64,000 bases of DNA from Candidatus Eiseniibacteriota bacterium (lineage in GTDB: Bacteria; Eisenbacteria; RBG-16-71-46). Every line of letters begins with the position of its first letter. Positions within the stretch are counted from its first letter, which is position 1. Positions 61,567 to 64,000 of this stretch are shown one piece after another. The notes under the pieces are model-generated. The model saw only the letters and a program-made list of their open reading frames with translations. It was not told the DNA's origin and did not search any database. Location: the NCBI GenBank assembly GCA_041483195.1, contig JBGPFC010000005.1, positions 100,958 through 164,957 on the forward strand, in the 5' to 3' direction. The position numbers and the translations under genes are program-made.

Positions 61567-63866
61567 GCGTGACCGCGCCCGGGCCGGCCGAGGCGCATCC
61601 GGTCAGCGCCCCACCCGCGTCGGACCTCGTCGCCGCCGCGCGGGTCCTCCGCTCGGCCCGCGGCCGCGCTCAAGGTCTGGTGCTCGAGACCGAGGCGATG
61701 GCGCTGCTCGATGCGATCGGCATCGCCACGCCGCGGCGTATCGAGTTGCGCGATGCGGCCTCGGCCGCTCGTCTTCCTTCCCCCCCATTCACAGGATCCC
61801 AGGTGGTCCTCAAGATCCTCTCGCCCGGTCTGGCTCACAAGACCGAGGCCGGCGGCGTGCTGATTCTCGAGAACCGGCTGGACGCGATCGTCGCCGGAGC
61901 GCGCGAGCTGGAGCGCCGCTTCGCGTCGCGGCCGACTGCCGGCCTCTTGCTCTGCGAGTTCGTTCCGCACGAACAGGGGCTCGGCCACGAGTTCCTCCTC
62001 GGCCTGCGCTGGAGCCGGGAGTTCGGCCCGGTCGTGACCCTCGGGCCGGGTGGGATCCACGCCGAGTTCCTCGCGCACGCGCTTCGCGAAGAAGAGTCCA
62101 TCGCGGTCACCGCCGTCGCGCTCTCCGACCCCGACGTTGGCGCGCGCGCGATCGCCGGGCTGGGCGCGGTCCGGCTCGCGAGCGAGCCGCAGCGGGGACG
62201 ATCGCCCGCGATTTCGGCCGCCGCCTTCGCTGCCGTCGTCGAGCGGTTCCTCGCGCTCGCCCGGGAGTTCGTGCCCGAGCCGATCGCGGAGCTGGAGGTG
62301 AATCCGCTGGTGGTGACCGGCGGCCGGCTGGTGGCGCTCGATGCGCTGCTCCGGCTCACGCGGGTACCGGAGCACGCCGCGCCCGGGCGGCCGCTGAGGA
62401 AGATCGCGAACCTCCTCGCGCCGCGCTCGATCGCGGTCGTGGGGGCTTCCGAGCGGATGAACCCCGGCCGCGTGATCCTGCAAAACATCCTGGCGCGCGG
62501 CTTCCCGCCCGAGAGCGTCACGGTCGTGAAGCCCGGCCTCGAGCGTCTCGAAGGCTGCCGGTGCGTTCCCTCGCTCGCCGAACTCCCCGGCCGCGTGGAT
62601 CTGCTGGTGTTGAGCGTCCCCGCCCCGCAGGCGGCCGAGATGACCGCCGAGATCGCCCAGAACGGGTGGGCGGAAAGCGTGGTGCTGATCGCGAGCGGCC
62701 TCGAGGAACGACAGGGAATGGAGTCGCATGTCTCCCGGATGCACGACGCGCTGCGGCAATCCCGCGTCGCGGCCTGGCGGGGGCCGGTGGTGAACGGCGG
62801 CAACTGTCTCGGCATTCGCTCGGTCCCGGGGCGCTACGACACGCTGTTCATCCCCGGGCACAAGCTCCCCGCGCCGGGCGAAGCGCATTGCCCACTCGCC
62901 CTGCTCACGGCGAGCGGCGCGTTCGCCGTTTCCAGGACGAGCAAGCTCGCGGGGATCAACCCCCGCTACCTCATCACCATGGGGAACCAGATGGACCTGA
63001 CCGTGGCCGACTACCTCGAGCACCTGAGGGACGACCCGGCGATCGAGGTATTCGCCGTCTACCTGGAAGGTTTCCGCCCGCTCGACGGCGCGCGCTTCCT
63101 GCGCGCGACCGAGAAGATCGTGCGCAGCGGTCGGACCGTGATCCTCTATCGCGCGGGTCGCACGCCCGCCGGCGCCGACGCCGCGGCGAGCCACACCGCC
63201 GCCGTGGCGGGGGACTACCTCGTGACCCGCCGGCTCGCCGCGGCGGCCGGAGCCGTGGTGGCCGGGTCGCTCGAAGATTTCGAGGACCTGGTGCGGCTCT
63301 TCATCATGCTGCGCGGGAGCGAGCTGCGCGGGCTGTCCATCGGGGCGCTCTCCAACGCGGGGTACGAATGCGTCGCGATCGGCGACTCGCTGGGCCCGTT
63401 CCGGCTCGCGGACTGGACCGCCGCGACCCGCGAAAAGCTGGGAGCCATCCTCGCACGCGCGCGGCTCGCCGAGATCGTCCCGGTGCGAAACCCCATCGAT
63501 CTCACCCCGATCCTCGGCGACGAGGATTACGCAGCTGCCGTACGGGCGATACTCGAGGATCCGCGAGTGGACGTGGGCCTGGTGGGATGCGTGCCGCTCA
63601 CGCCCGCCCTTACCACCCTGGCCGCCGGTCCCGGGCATCGCGAAGACCTGCGCCGCGAAGACGGGATCGTCGCGCGGCTGCTGCGCCTCAGGCGGGAAAC
63701 ACCCAAGCCCTGGGTGATGGTCGTGGACGCCGGCCGGCTCTACGACCCGATGGCGCAGGCGCTCGAGGACGGCGGGATCCCCACCTTCCGCTCCGCCGAC
63801 CGGGCCATGCGTCTGCTGGGGCGCTACTGTCAGCACCGGTTGGAGAAAGTCGCGCGCGATCGCTAG
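61563..63866 (+). CDS. ADP-forming acyl-CoA synthetase, beta-alpha (ATP-grasp first) fusion
   Basis: HKTEAGGV, ELEVNPL, PRSIAVVGAS, GGNCLG, ASHTA, NPIDLT. Confidence 0.85.
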   Translation: MSVTAPGPAEAHPVSAPPASDLVAAARVLRSARGRAQGLVLETEAMALLDAIGIATPRRIELRDAASAARLPSPPFTGSQVVLKILSPGLAHKTEAGGVLILENRLDAIVAGARELERRFASRPTAGLLLCEFVPHEQGLGHEFLLGLRWSREFGPVVTLGPGGIHAEFLAHALREEESIAVTAVALSDPDVGARAIAGLGAVRLASEPQRGRSPAISAAAFAAVVERFLALAREFVPEPIAELEVNPLVVTGGRLVALDALLRLTRVPEHAAPGRPLRKIANLLAPRSIAVVGASERMNPGRVILQNILARGFPPESVTVVKPGLERLEGCRCVPSLAELPGRVDLLVLSVPAPQAAEMTAEIAQNGWAESVVLIASGLEERQGMESHVSRMHDALRQSRVAAWRGPVVNGGNCLGIRSVPGRYDTLFIPGHKLPAPGEAHCPLALLTASGAFAVSRTSKLAGINPRYLITMGNQMDLTVADYLEHLRDDPAIEVFAVYLEGFRPLDGARFLRATEKIVRSGRTVILYRAGRTPAGADAAASHTAAVAGDYLVTRRLAAAAGAVVAGSLEDFEDLVRLFIMLRGSELRGLSIGALSNAGYECVAIGDSLGPFRLADWTAATREKLGAILARARLAEIVPVRNPIDLTPILGDEDYAAAVRAILEDPRVDVGLVGCVPLTPALTTLAAGPGHREDLRREDGIVARLLRLRRETPKPWVMVVDAGRLYDPMAQALEDGGIPTFRSADRAMRLLGRYCQHRLEKVARDR

Positions 63867-64000
63867 GAGCCTGTCCGAGTATTCGTCAAAGTTCTGGCGT
63901 GGACTGGTGACGGTGTGGAAGATGCGGACATGAAGACCTTCCGCCCGTACCAGCCCGATCAGCAGTTGCTGTTGCCGCCCTCCATCGAGGAGTGGCTTCC
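63867..64000 (+). mobile_element. IS1182-family element, left end and transposase start
   Basis: CTAG then GAGCCTGTCCGA; ATG 63930 MKTFRPYQPDQQLLLPPSIEEWL, typical IS1182 N-terminus. Confidence 0.75.

Overview
High-GC bacterial chromosome segment. Gene style and content (FlgD/T9SS-CTD-like C-termini, PorV-like barrel) suggest an uncultured diderm lineage such as Ca. Eisenbacteria; this is inference only. 1-47 kb is mostly core genome, largely on the minus strand: dapA-dapF, xerC, topA, smg, secA, csp, slt, guaA, purH/purC/purN, comEC, a PEGA protein, mltD, two glgC paralogs, porV-like, rluB-scpB-scpA-trpS-site-2 protease, a GAF-PP2C phosphatase, an MshEN-PilB ATPase plus HD-GYP pair, cstA, tRNA-Ala and a DUF853 ATPase. 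At tRNA-Leu(CAA) (48.4 kb) an accessory region begins. It holds an att-bounded, integrase-free 2.2-kb islet with one tandem-repeat secreted protein, then an integrase remnant and a 12-repeat Kelch-like secreted protein. An amino-acid/organic-acid fermentation block follows (CoA transferase, ald-like, maeB, iorAB, ADP-forming acyl-CoA synthetase), and the window ends at an IS1182 left end. Strongest hidden signal: a BCP/PrxQ peroxiredoxin that the ORF track splits in two. Its catalytic Cys codon is an in-frame UGA followed by a SECIS-like hairpin, so it is probably a cysteine-free selenoprotein.
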